This document shows positions 1 through 7,909 of a DNA stretch of 64,000 nt, one piece after another. This DNA is from an uncultured Acidobacteriaceae bacterium (GTDB lineage: Bacteria > Acidobacteriota > Terriglobia > Terriglobales > Acidobacteriaceae), in contig CAWAYA010000006.1 of NCBI GenBank assembly GCA_963786075.1, positions 36,075-100,074 of the forward strand. The letters run 5' to 3'. Below the pieces are notes generated by a model. The model did not search any database, was not told where the DNA came from, and saw nothing but the letters and a program-made list of their open reading frames with translations. Both the position numbers and the translations under genes were made by a program. Each line of letters starts with the position of its first letter. The first letter of the stretch is position 1.

Positions 1-795
1 GGGGGCCTTTACAGGAAACTTCAGCATTTATATCTGCTTTTCCGTGATAAGGACTATTTCAGGGAGGCAGGAATAACTAAAACTGATCTTCCTGACGCGA
101 TCAAGCACGAGGCCGCTCTCTCGCTTTCGTTTCAGATGTTCCCCGTCACGAAGTGGGCGCCGCTCGACGTCACAGAGGACCACGTGTTCGAAGCGATTGA
201 GTTCCTTTACGACCACATTTCGCGACCGGGTGAGTGGACCCAAATGACGAGCGTCACGGGGTACAACTATCAAGACTATGACGGGTACGACCAGAAGGCG
301 GGGCGCCGGGAGTTCAGGGAAAAGGCCAACCTGCTTCTCGCCGACTACAAGTCTGGGTACGAACTGACGCAGGAAGGCATCATTCTCGCGGCCGGCGCCG
401 ACGGACTCCAGAACATCTTGGATGCGGAGATCGTTCCCTATGACGAGAAGAATGTGGACAGCAAGGTCCGCAACGCGATCGTGAAGTGGAGGAATAGGCG
501 ACTGTCGATTGACGCCAAGAAAGAGGCCATTCGTGAACTTACCGACGTTTTTGAATGGCTGAAGAAGACCAAAGGTCTTGCCGCAGTCCTAGACAAGAAA
601 GACGAGTCTGCCATCTTTGAGCTGGCTAACAATTTTGCAATCCGCCACCACGATCCGAAACAAAAGGCAAACTATGATCGAGCGATCTGGTACTCGTGGA
701 TCTTTCATTTCTACCTGGCGACATATCATGCGGCGATTCGCCTGCTGATTAAGCACGAGCAAAAAGGGAAGAAGCCGCGGGAGAGCACAGTTTGA
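1..795 (+). CDS. hypothetical protein, 5'-partial (reading frame open to the window edge)
   Basis: Frame 1 has no stop from nt 1 to TGA 793-795, so track ORF 136..795 is only the distal part. Upstream residues (GGLYRKLQHLYLLFRDKDYFREAGITKTDLPDAIKHEAALSLSFQ then MFPVTKW..) read as continuous protein. No family recognised by eye. Visibly more AT-rich than neighbours. Confidence 0.6.
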   Translation, partial: GGLYRKLQHLYLLFRDKDYFREAGITKTDLPDAIKHEAALSLSFQMFPVTKWAPLDVTEDHVFEAIEFLYDHISRPGEWTQMTSVTGYNYQDYDGYDQKAGRREFREKANLLLADYKSGYELTQEGIILAAGADGLQNILDAEIVPYDEKNVDSKVRNAIVKWRNRRLSIDAKKEAIRELTDVFEWLKKTKGLAAVLDKKDESAIFELANNFAIRHHDPKQKANYDRAIWYSWIFHFYLATYHAAIRLLIKHEQKGKKPRESTV

Positions 796-1634
796 TCCGT
801 TTCGGGTCTTTGCAGGCCGCGGTCCTCTTGGGGTTCGTATTCGGGGCTGGTCCCTTGCTAGCCCAGTCTGTCGCCCTGCCTTCCTACCTCGGCTTCGACC
901 GCAACACCTACCCCGGCGACGCCAACCTGAAAGTCCTGCACCAGACTTTCTCCTACACCAGCTACTGGCTCAACAACCCTCCCGGCGAGAGGACGAACAC
1001 CTGGACCGGCCACCGCGCCGCCGTAGAATCCGCCGGCTTCGGCTTCCTCGTGCTCTTCAACGGACGCCTCTACGCCGAACTGAAATCTGTAGCCCGCGCC
1101 ACGAAGCTAGGCAGCTCCGACGCGCAAGCCGCCGCCGCTGCCGCGCGCCGCGAAGGCTTTCCCGCGCACACCATCATCTTCCTCGACCAGGAGCAAGGCG
1201 GACGCATGCTGCCCGAGCAGAAAGCCTACATCTACGCCTGGGTCGACGCCGTCACCGCCGCCGGATTCCGCGCCGGCATCTACTGCTCTGGCATTCCGGC
1301 AAAAGACGACGACAACATCGTCACCGCCGAAAATATTCGCGAAAACGCCGCCGGACGCCAAATCGTTTATTGGGCGATCAATGACGCCTGCCCGCCCGCG
1401 CCTGGCTGCACCTTTCCGCTAAATCATCCGCCAAGGCCCGCCCAGAGCGGCGTCCGCTTCGCCGAAGTCTGGCAATTCGCCCAGTCCCCTCAGCGCAAAG
1501 ATGTCGCCGCGCAATGCTCCAACTACAGCCGCGACGGCAATTGCTATCCGCCCGGAATCGCCGCCGCGCAGCAACTCCACGTAGACCTGAACACAGCCAC
1601 GTCACCTGATCCCTCAAACGGCAGGGCACACTGA
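792..1634 (+). CDS. secreted DUF1906 / Rv2525c-like glycoside-hydrolase-fold protein
   Basis: TTG start overlaps the upstream stop (tTTGA). Signal peptide MIRFGSLQAAVLLGFVFGAGPLLAQS. Blocks YPGD..SYWLNNPPGE..GFGFLVLFNG..IIFLDQE..AGIYCSG resemble the DUF1906 (GH25-like barrel) family from memory. Confidence 0.55.
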   Translation: MIRFGSLQAAVLLGFVFGAGPLLAQSVALPSYLGFDRNTYPGDANLKVLHQTFSYTSYWLNNPPGERTNTWTGHRAAVESAGFGFLVLFNGRLYAELKSVARATKLGSSDAQAAAAAARREGFPAHTIIFLDQEQGGRMLPEQKAYIYAWVDAVTAAGFRAGIYCSGIPAKDDDNIVTAENIRENAAGRQIVYWAINDACPPAPGCTFPLNHPPRPAQSGVRFAEVWQFAQSPQRKDVAAQCSNYSRDGNCYPPGIAAAQQLHVDLNTATSPDPSNGRAH

Positions 1635-1711
1635 TCCACACTTGCTTGGATCCGCGCTTGCATGCGCTAAAATAGCGGCTCCCGCAAATCCATTCAGGAG
1701 AAACCCGCCGC

Positions 1712-1852
1712 ATGTCCCGGCTGCGCGCGGGCGCGTCCGCGACCACAAAAATCAACCGCAACGATTTCGGAGTCAGCGGCCTTCCCGGAATCGTCGGCGA
1801 CGACATCACCATCACGCTCGACGTTGAAATGCTCAAGCCGATGGGCAACTAA
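1712..1852 (+). pseudogene. YceI-like protein, C-terminal fragment only (46 codons)
   Basis: Translation MSRLRAGASATTKINRNDFGVSGLPGIVGDDITITLDVEMLKPMGN matches the last strands of YceI-like lipid-binding proteins (..INRxDFGV...VxDxVxIxLxVE). In-frame TAG at 1673 leaves no room for the rest of the domain. AGGAG lies 10 nt upstream of the ATG. Too short to appear in the ORF track. Confidence 0.45.
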
Positions 1853-1896
1853 TTGCCTGTTGCTTTCCGGATTGCGTTAAAATAAAGACATCCGCC

Positions 1897-2331
1897 ATGT
1901 CCGACCGTACTTTCACTCTCGACGAAGCCCAGTCTCTGCTGCCCATACTTGAGTCTCTGCTGCGCGCTGCTATCGACTGTAAGAAGCTCATGGAAGAGGT
2001 CGAGGGCGAAATGCAGGCGCTGAATCACCGCATCTTCCTGAACGGTGGCACGCACGTCGACGTTGTGGCGGTGGCGCGGCGCAAGGCTGAGCGCGCCAAG
2101 GCTGAACAACGAGCCAAAGACGCCCTCGCCGAAATCGATTCCATCGGTGTGCAGGTTAAAGATCTCGATATCGGCCTGCTCGATTTTCCCTGCGAGGTCG
2201 AAGGCCGCATCGTGCTGCTCTGCTGGAAGATGGGCGAACCCTCCATCACGCACTGGCACGGCACCGAAGAAGGATTCGCCGGCCGCAAGCCCATCGACGA
2301 ACGGATCGCTCGCTCCAAGAGAACGAATTAG
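1897..2331 (+). CDS. DUF2203 family protein
   Basis: FTLDEAQSLLPILESLL at the N-terminus and VKDLDIGLLDFPCEVEGRIVLLCWKMGEPSITHWHGTEEGFAGRKPI at the C-terminus are the recognisable DUF2203 blocks. Confidence 0.7.
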   Translation: MSDRTFTLDEAQSLLPILESLLRAAIDCKKLMEEVEGEMQALNHRIFLNGGTHVDVVAVARRKAERAKAEQRAKDALAEIDSIGVQVKDLDIGLLDFPCEVEGRIVLLCWKMGEPSITHWHGTEEGFAGRKPIDERIARSKRTN

Positions 2332-2538
2332 GTTTCAGAAATATCGTCCCGACGACACTCATTCCAAACAATTTCTCGGCAGCAACATCTTCCGGTGCAC
2401 GGTGTTTACACAGGAGGAAAACGATCTGGCCAAAACACGCGGTTTGGATCTTGAATCAAGCGACACTTCGTCAATTTCGCCCGGCTCCCGCGCTGCAAGC
2501 TTTCAGGCAAGCGCGCCGGGCCCAAGAAGGATGACACG

Positions 2539-3531
2539 ATGACACTTCACCGTGCAGTTCGCTTTCTAGCTTTAGCACTTGCGCTGCTGGCCATTCCAGC
2601 AGCCCTGTCTTCTCCATCTTCCGCGCAGATCGGAATCGGCATTGGCATCTCGGTCCACATCGGTCCGCCTGCGCTCCCGGTTTACGAACAGCCCATCTGC
2701 CCCGGCGCCGGCTATCTGTGGACGCCCGGCTACTGGGCCTGGGACGATGACGCCGGCTACTACTGGGTGCCCGGGACTTGGGTGGTCGCACCCGTCGGCA
2801 TGCTCTGGACCCCTGGTTACTGGGGCTGGAACAACGGTCTCTACGTCTGGAATGCCGGCTACTGGGGTCCGCATATCGGCTTCTACGGCGGCATTAACTA
2901 CGGCTTCGGCTATGGCGGCGTCGGCTTTGTGGGCGGTGAATGGCGCGGCGGCGCGTTCTTCTACAACACCGCTGTGATGCATGTGGATACCGTCCACATC
3001 ACCAACGTTTATGTGAACCGGACCGTCATCGTCAATAACGATTCCCACGTTGCGTTTAACGGCGGCGAAGGCGGCATCGCAGCTCGGCCTACCGCACAGG
3101 AAGAAGCGTATTCCCGCGAACCACACACTCCTCCGGTTGCAGCGCAGGTTCAGCATGAACACGCTGCTAGCCAGAACAAGGCCTTGTTCGCATCGAACAA
3201 TCACGGAGCACCCGCGGTCGCCGCCACGGCTCGCCCCGGCGAATTCAGCGGACACGGCGTAGTCGCCGCGAAAGCCCGAGCGCCGTACCACGCGCCTGCA
3301 ATGTCGCCCAAAGAGGCTCGTGCCACGCCGGCCGAATCAAAGGGTAACGAAATGAGGGGCAACCAGCCGAGGAATGCGGGCGAGCCCCGTCCTTCCACTC
3401 CGCCTGCGCGCACGGAGAATGCTCGCCCACAGAACGCTCCGCATCCGGAGAAAGCTCCTAACGCGAAGCCTCCCAAGCAACCCAAGCCGCCCAAGAATCA
3501 GAAGCCCGAGGAAAAGCGCGAAGAGCGGTAA
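2539..3531 (+). CDS. secreted YXWGXW-repeat protein with Lys/Pro-rich tail
   Basis: ATG preceded by AAGGA. Signal peptide ending SSAQ. GYLWTPGYWAWDDDAGYYWVPGTWV..LWTPGYWGWNNGLYVWNAGYWGP repeats. C-terminus PKQPKPPKNQKPEEKREER. Confidence 0.8.
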   Translation: MTLHRAVRFLALALALLAIPAALSSPSSAQIGIGIGISVHIGPPALPVYEQPICPGAGYLWTPGYWAWDDDAGYYWVPGTWVVAPVGMLWTPGYWGWNNGLYVWNAGYWGPHIGFYGGINYGFGYGGVGFVGGEWRGGAFFYNTAVMHVDTVHITNVYVNRTVIVNNDSHVAFNGGEGGIAARPTAQEEAYSREPHTPPVAAQVQHEHAASQNKALFASNNHGAPAVAATARPGEFSGHGVVAAKARAPYHAPAMSPKEARATPAESKGNEMRGNQPRNAGEPRPSTPPARTENARPQNAPHPEKAPNAKPPKQPKPPKNQKPEEKREER

Positions 3532-3552
3532 GAACTTTGCGTGAGAATGCAG

Positions 3553-3586
3553 TGGCCGGCGATTGATCAAGCGCCGGCCATTTTTT
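3553..3586 (+). terminator. rho-independent terminator after first YXWGXW gene
   Basis: Perfect 9-bp stem TGGCCGGCG / CGCCGGCCA (3553-3561, 3572-3580) followed by TTTTTT (3581-3586). Confidence 0.75.
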
Positions 3587-3816
3587 CCTGGGTCATAGGA
3601 ATCGTTCTGCCGTTGATTCACAATGCGCCTAAAGTCTTCACCCTAGTCAGAACTGATTACTGAAATCCGTCGTTTCACATTCCAGACAACTTTTCATCCA
3701 GCAACCTCCTCCAACCTGCGGCTGTTTATGAAGATATCGTTTCGCAACAGCGATTCCGCCCTGTGGCGCCGTTGGAGCTGATTCGAAGCCAGCGCGCCGG
3801 GCATGAGGAAAAGCCA

Positions 3817-5073
3817 ATGAAACATCACCCTGTATTGCGTTTGCTAGCGTTCGGATTCCTGCTGCTGCTCATTCCCGCAGCTCTCTCTTCCATATCTTCC
3901 GCGCAGATCGGCATCGGCATTTCGGTGCGCATCGGTCCGCCTGCGCTGCCGGTTTACGAGCAACCGCTCTGTCCTGGGCCGGGCTATCTATGGACTCCCG
4001 GTTACTGGGCTTGGAGCGACGATGTCGGCTATTACTGGGTGCCCGGCACCTGGGTGGTCGCTCCGGTGGGCCTGTTGTGGACTCCCGGCTACTGGGGCTG
4101 GAACGACGGCGTTTACGCCTGGAATGCTGGCTACTGGGGCCCGCAAGTCGGCTTCTACGGCGGCATTAACTATGGATTCGGCTATGGCGGTGAAGGCTTC
4201 TACGGCGGCGAATGGCGCGGCGGCGCTTTCTTCTATAACACCGCTGTGATGCATGTGAACACCACGGTGATCAGAAACGTTTATGTAAACCGCGAAGTCA
4301 TCGTCAACAACGAGTCCCACGTCGCCTATAACGGGGGCGAAGGCGGAATATCGGCTCGCCCGACCCCGCAACAGGAAGCGTACGCACGCGAAAAGCATAC
4401 GCCTCCGCTGGCAACGCAGGTGCAGCAAGCCCGCGAGGCCAGCCGCAACCCCGAGTTTGCCGCGTCGAGGAATCATGGCGCGCCCCCAGTGGCCGCCACT
4501 GCCAAACCCGGAGAATTCAAAGGACCCGGCGTAGTGCGCGCCAAAGCTGCCGGAGCGCCGTATCATGCGCCAGCCATGTCACCCAAAGAAGCGCGCGCCT
4601 CGGCGCCCGCCCGCAATCGGGTGGCATCTCGTGCGGCCAACGAGCCGAAGGGTAAAGCTCCGGCGCGCGAAGAGAATACCCATGCGGCCAACGAACCGCG
4701 CACCAAGGCTCCGGCGCATGAAACGAAATCTCGTGCCGCCAGCGAACCGAAGCCCGAAGCTCCGGCGCGTGAGGAGAAATCGCGTGCGGCAAGCGAGCCG
4801 CGAGCCAAGGCTCCAGCGCGCGCAGAGGAATCTCACCCACCGACCGAGGCGAGGCGCGAAGCCCCGGCGCGCCAGGAAAAGGCCAGCCCGGCAAGAGAAC
4901 CTCGGGTGAATGCAGCGCAACAAGAGAGGACTCGACCGGAAAACGAGCCGCACGCGCAGAACATGTCGCATCCAGCACCCCGGGAGAGCGCACCCAGAGC
5001 AAGCGCGCCCAAGCCGCCAAGGCGAAGCGCTCCACCCAAGAGCGAGCCGAAAGAGCCCAAGCGGCCGCAGTGA
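3817..5073 (+). CDS. secreted YXWGXW-repeat protein, paralogue with expanded repeat tail
   Basis: Near-identical core to 2539..3531 (GYLWTPGYWAWSDDVGYYWVPGTWV..). ATG 3817 (MKHHPVLRLLAF..) has GAGGAAAAG upstream; track start GTG 3763 is less likely. Signal peptide ends SSAQ. Confidence 0.8.
   Translation: MKHHPVLRLLAFGFLLLLIPAALSSISSAQIGIGISVRIGPPALPVYEQPLCPGPGYLWTPGYWAWSDDVGYYWVPGTWVVAPVGLLWTPGYWGWNDGVYAWNAGYWGPQVGFYGGINYGFGYGGEGFYGGEWRGGAFFYNTAVMHVNTTVIRNVYVNREVIVNNESHVAYNGGEGGISARPTPQQEAYAREKHTPPLATQVQQAREASRNPEFAASRNHGAPPVAATAKPGEFKGPGVVRAKAAGAPYHAPAMSPKEARASAPARNRVASRAANEPKGKAPAREENTHAANEPRTKAPAHETKSRAASEPKPEAPAREEKSRAASEPRAKAPARAEESHPPTEARREAPARQEKASPAREPRVNAAQQERTRPENEPHAQNMSHPAPRESAPRASAPKPPRRSAPPKSEPKEPKRPQ
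4633..4887 (+). repeat. in-frame tandem repeat, 5 x 51 nt (17-aa units AA[NS]EP[KR]xKAPAxExxxx)
   Basis: Units AANEPKGKAPAREENTH / AANEPRTKAPAHETKSR / AASEPKPEAPAREEKSR / AASEPRAKAPARAEESH / PPTEARREAPARQEKAS read directly from the translation. Absent from the upstream paralogue. Confidence 0.85.
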
Positions 5074-5089
5074 GTTTCTGAGCACACAC

Positions 5090-5123
5090 GGCCAGCGCCA
5101 AGTTGCAGCGCTGGCCATTTCTT
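5090..5123 (+). terminator. rho-independent terminator after second YXWGXW gene
   Basis: 9-bp stem GGCCAGCGC / GCGCTGGCC (5090-5098, 5108-5116), 9-nt loop, then ATTTCTT. Confidence 0.6.
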
Positions 5124-5442
5124 ACCAAGCAGATGTCTTTGTGAGGACTGCCGCCCCCGGCTGTCCGCGGAGCGAACCTCCGCCGGGGGTTCTTTCCGGT
5201 TGCTGCTTTTTCCTGCAAGCTCTCCAGCGCCCGCACGTTCTTATTCCGACAGACGGGTTAGCCACGCAGGTTCCGGGCCTGCCCGAAAGGGTAGTTGCGC
5301 GTGCGGCCGGGGAATCTCTGCTACAATTTTTTACAACTGTCGTGGCCTGGAAGTCGTATCTTGGTTGGGAGAGTTGCAGCGCTTTCCGCGCGACTGCCGA
5401 CGGTTTTTGAGCAAGCCTAGGTTTAGGAGTCTCAAACGACTT

Positions 5443-6159
5443 ATGTCATCGACGAAACACAAACTGCGCCTCGCCGGCGCCTTCGCCGCGCTCGCAACCT
5501 TAGCCCTGGCTGTAAGCTGCACCGGCTTTTTCCAGAACCCAATTCTCAGCACTATCACTGTTAATCCCCCAACTCCGAGTATCAACCAAGGCGCAACCCA
5601 ACAGATGACGGCGACCGCAACCTATCAGGACAGCACCACATCGACGTTGACAGGCGGAACAAGCTGCAGCGGGAACACGGTTTGTTGGTCGAGTTCAGAC
5701 ACGATGGTACTCACCATCACTACTGGTGGGTTGGCCACTGGCGTCGCTCAGGGCACAGCAACCATCACCGCGGCTTCCGGCGCTATCACCGGCACCACAC
5801 AAGCGACTGTCGATCTCACAAACGTCACCAACTTCCAAGTTTGTCAGGGCACCTTTGGCTCCACGGACTGCTCCAGCGGCAGCACACCGCTTACTTCAAA
5901 CGTCACGGCTGCCACGAGTCAAACTTATATTGCCCAGGGATCCTCTAACGGACAGACCTTCGACCTTACGGTCGCCTCCACTTGGACGATGGTATCTGCC
6001 GCCCCGGTCAATGGCTCCGTCGAATGCACTAACGACGGCGTGTCCTCTCCTGAGACATGTGCCGTCGACAGCGGTACATCGCCTGGTACTTATAGTTTCA
6101 GTGTGACCTACGGAACAACGACTCCTCTGACGGCCAATCTCAACATAGTGGTGCCCTAG
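5443..6159 (+). CDS. lipoprotein with bacterial Ig-like (Big_2) domain
   Basis: ATG 5443 gives MSSTKHKLRLAGAFAALATLALAVSC (lipobox-like). ITVNPPTPSINQGATQQMTATATYQDST..WSSSD..LTITTGGLATGVAQGTATITA is Big_2-like. The track start 5200 adds an unlikely leader. Confidence 0.7.
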   Translation: MSSTKHKLRLAGAFAALATLALAVSCTGFFQNPILSTITVNPPTPSINQGATQQMTATATYQDSTTSTLTGGTSCSGNTVCWSSSDTMVLTITTGGLATGVAQGTATITAASGAITGTTQATVDLTNVTNFQVCQGTFGSTDCSSGSTPLTSNVTAATSQTYIAQGSSNGQTFDLTVASTWTMVSAAPVNGSVECTNDGVSSPETCAVDSGTSPGTYSFSVTYGTTTPLTANLNIVVP

Positions 6160-6215
6160 TGACGGCCGTGGTGCGACCTAGCTCGGGGCAAACCGGACTG
6201 CCTTGGGGGTCACTG

Positions 6216-6686
6216 TTACGGGCTGACTGTGAACGGCACCGCATTGGAGCCCGCGGCGTTGCACCCGTCTGCGTTCGACGCCGTGACTGACCCCGGATCA
6301 ACGGTTTGGGCCCCACCCGCTGGGTTGTATACGTAGACCGCCGCTGTGTCTGGCTCTGCGATCTGCGTCGCCGAGATCGCAGCGGTAAGCTGGCTACTGT
6401 TGACGAATGAGGTTATTAGGGGCGAGCCGTTCCAAACGACCACAGCGTTGGTGCTGAAATCACCCCCGTTCACGGTGAGTGAAAATCCCCCTGCTCCAGC
6501 GGTTGCACTGCTCGGCGAGATCGAACTTATCGAGGGTTTCGCCGGACAGCCACTGCAGGAGACGATGGGAAGCAGCAAAATCGCGACCGCTGCCAAAAGT
6601 GCCGATATTCCTATCGCTATCGGCATGCACGTCCACCAACGCAGCGAACGCGCAGACTCACTAGGCCGGAATTTCGAGAGGATCAT
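6216..6686 (-). CDS. IPT/TIG-domain lipoprotein
   Basis: ISSISPSSATAGAGGFSLTVNGGDFSTNAVVVWNGSPLITSFVNSSQLTAAI is IPT/TIG-like. LLLPIVSC lipobox. Start uncertain: ATG 6686, alternatives 6626 or 6809. Confidence 0.6.
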   Translation of the reverse strand: MILSKFRPSESARSLRWWTCMPIAIGISALLAAVAILLLPIVSCSGCPAKPSISSISPSSATAGAGGFSLTVNGGDFSTNAVVVWNGSPLITSFVNSSQLTAAISATQIAEPDTAAVYVYNPAGGAQTVDPGSVTASNADGCNAAGSNAVPFTVSP

Positions 6687-7172
6687 CGGCGTCGCCGCAC
6701 AGGTCGTCGGCAGATGTTCATCTTGATTATACAGGGGCTGGCCTGCTTCTGATTTCACAGTGCCAGCACGATTAGGACTGAGGCTGCCCCAGCTTTGCCG
6801 GTTTTGCAAAGCTGGGCACTACGGACCTCGGCGGTTCCCGAAGTTTTCCCACAGTTAGTATGTGACATCCAACCTTGCCTCCACATTTCGAATCAGCGAT
6901 CATGGTCGACGCCGTGACGGTCGGCACGAGCCAACCGTCCCCCGACCATCATCCTATAAGTTCTTTGACATCAAGATTTTACCCGCAACTGATTGAGCCG
7001 AATAGATCAGACTGTCAATTCTGCGCTAATCCCATGATTCCAATAGATCGAGGGGAGGGGGGAGGGGGATACTGCTCCCGGATAAAACGAGCAATCGGCC
7101 CCGGCAAGAGCTCATCCCGCAAAGCGCGCGAAAGATTTATTTCGCGGCAGAAATCCACCGGGTAGAGGGCGC

Positions 7173-7343
7173 CCAGATGACTTGCTGGCAAAGGCGCAGC
7201 ACGCCAGCGGAGCAGGCATTACCCAGACCATCCGAACAGCGCTGCAATTGCTGGCTGCGTCGCAAGCCTACGATCGCCTTCTGCAAATGCGTGGCAAAGT
7301 TCATTTCACTCGCACCTTCGAGCAGTTGAAACAAGATCGTTAA
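7173..7343 (+). pseudogene. vapB: VapB-like ribbon-helix-helix antitoxin remnant lacking a usable start
   Basis: PDDLLAKAQHASGAGITQTIRTALQLLAASQAYDRLLQMRGKVHFTRTFEQLKQDR resembles RHH VapB antitoxins. The open frame (7086-7343) has no ATG/GTG/TTG before TTG 7182. The expected N-terminal strand (..EIHRVEGA) sits in another frame, consistent with loss of one C in the run at 7172-7174. Confidence 0.4.
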
Positions 7344-7392
7344 GACCGTTAGGGAATCGATCGTTAATGAGTCGATCGCGCAGCCGCCACTC

Positions 7393-7771
7393 ATGATCGC
7401 AGCCGACACCAGCACTTGGATCGCGTTTCTGGAAGGCGCTCCCGGCCAGGATTCGCAACTGCTGGGGCGGGCGTTAGGAGATCGGCAGGCACTGATGATC
7501 CCCGCTGTGTTGACCGAGTTGTTAAGCGATCCCGCGCTTCCGTCCGGAGTCGCCGAAACGCTTGCAGAGATTCCAATGATTGAGGTCGAGCCAGTCTATT
7601 GGCAGCGCGCCGGTTTGCTGCGGGCGAAGGTATTGTCGATGCCCCACAAAGCTCGCCTTGGCGATGCCCTGATCGCTCAAACTTGTGTGGACCGCGGAAT
7701 TCCCCTCCTGGACACGAGATAAGGATCTCCGTGCGTTTGCCAACGATGCCCGGCTCCATCTCGTGCTCTGA
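7393..7771 (+). pseudogene. vapC: PIN-domain toxin VapC with a frameshift near the C-terminus
   Basis: MIAADTSTWIAFLEG.., LTELLS and LGDALIAQT carry three PIN acidic residues. The frame stops at TAA 7720-7722 (..GIPLLDTR*). The canonical end TRDKDLRAFANDARLHLVL continues in the +1 frame from 7712 to TGA 7769-7771. Confidence 0.55.
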
Positions 7772-7867
7772 CCGGGCACACGAACCGACACGCCCACTCG
7801 TAAGTTGCCATCCTCGCAAGCCTCAGTATGATCGTGAAAGCGGCTGCCCCCAGCGCCCGCCCACGGT

Positions 7868-7909
7868 TAACAATCAACGAATAACAAACAACGACTAACG
7901 ACCAATCTC
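7868..7909 (+). repeat. tandem 14-nt repeat x3 abutting the pfkA ATG
   Basis: TAACAATCAACGAA / TAACAAACAACGAC / TAACGACCAATCTC, immediately followed by ATG 7910. Confidence 0.85.

Noticed and set aside
1378-1848. 156-aa minus-strand ORF and 61-aa plus-strand ORF (1642..1827) in the DUF1906/YceI-fragment region
   Set aside because: Both are Arg-rich artefacts. The region is better explained by the 3' end of the DUF1906-like gene and the YceI-like fragment in another frame.
5200-5442. Upstream extension of the Big_2 lipoprotein ORF
   Set aside because: The added 81 residues are Arg/Ser/Cys-rich with no signal peptide. ATG 5443 yields a classical lipoprotein signal.
7050-7070. G-run GAGGGGAGGGGGGAGGGGGAT as a G-quadruplex element
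   Set aside because: Only three G-runs are present, it is a single occurrence, and there is no obvious gene context. The evidence is insufficient to call it functional.
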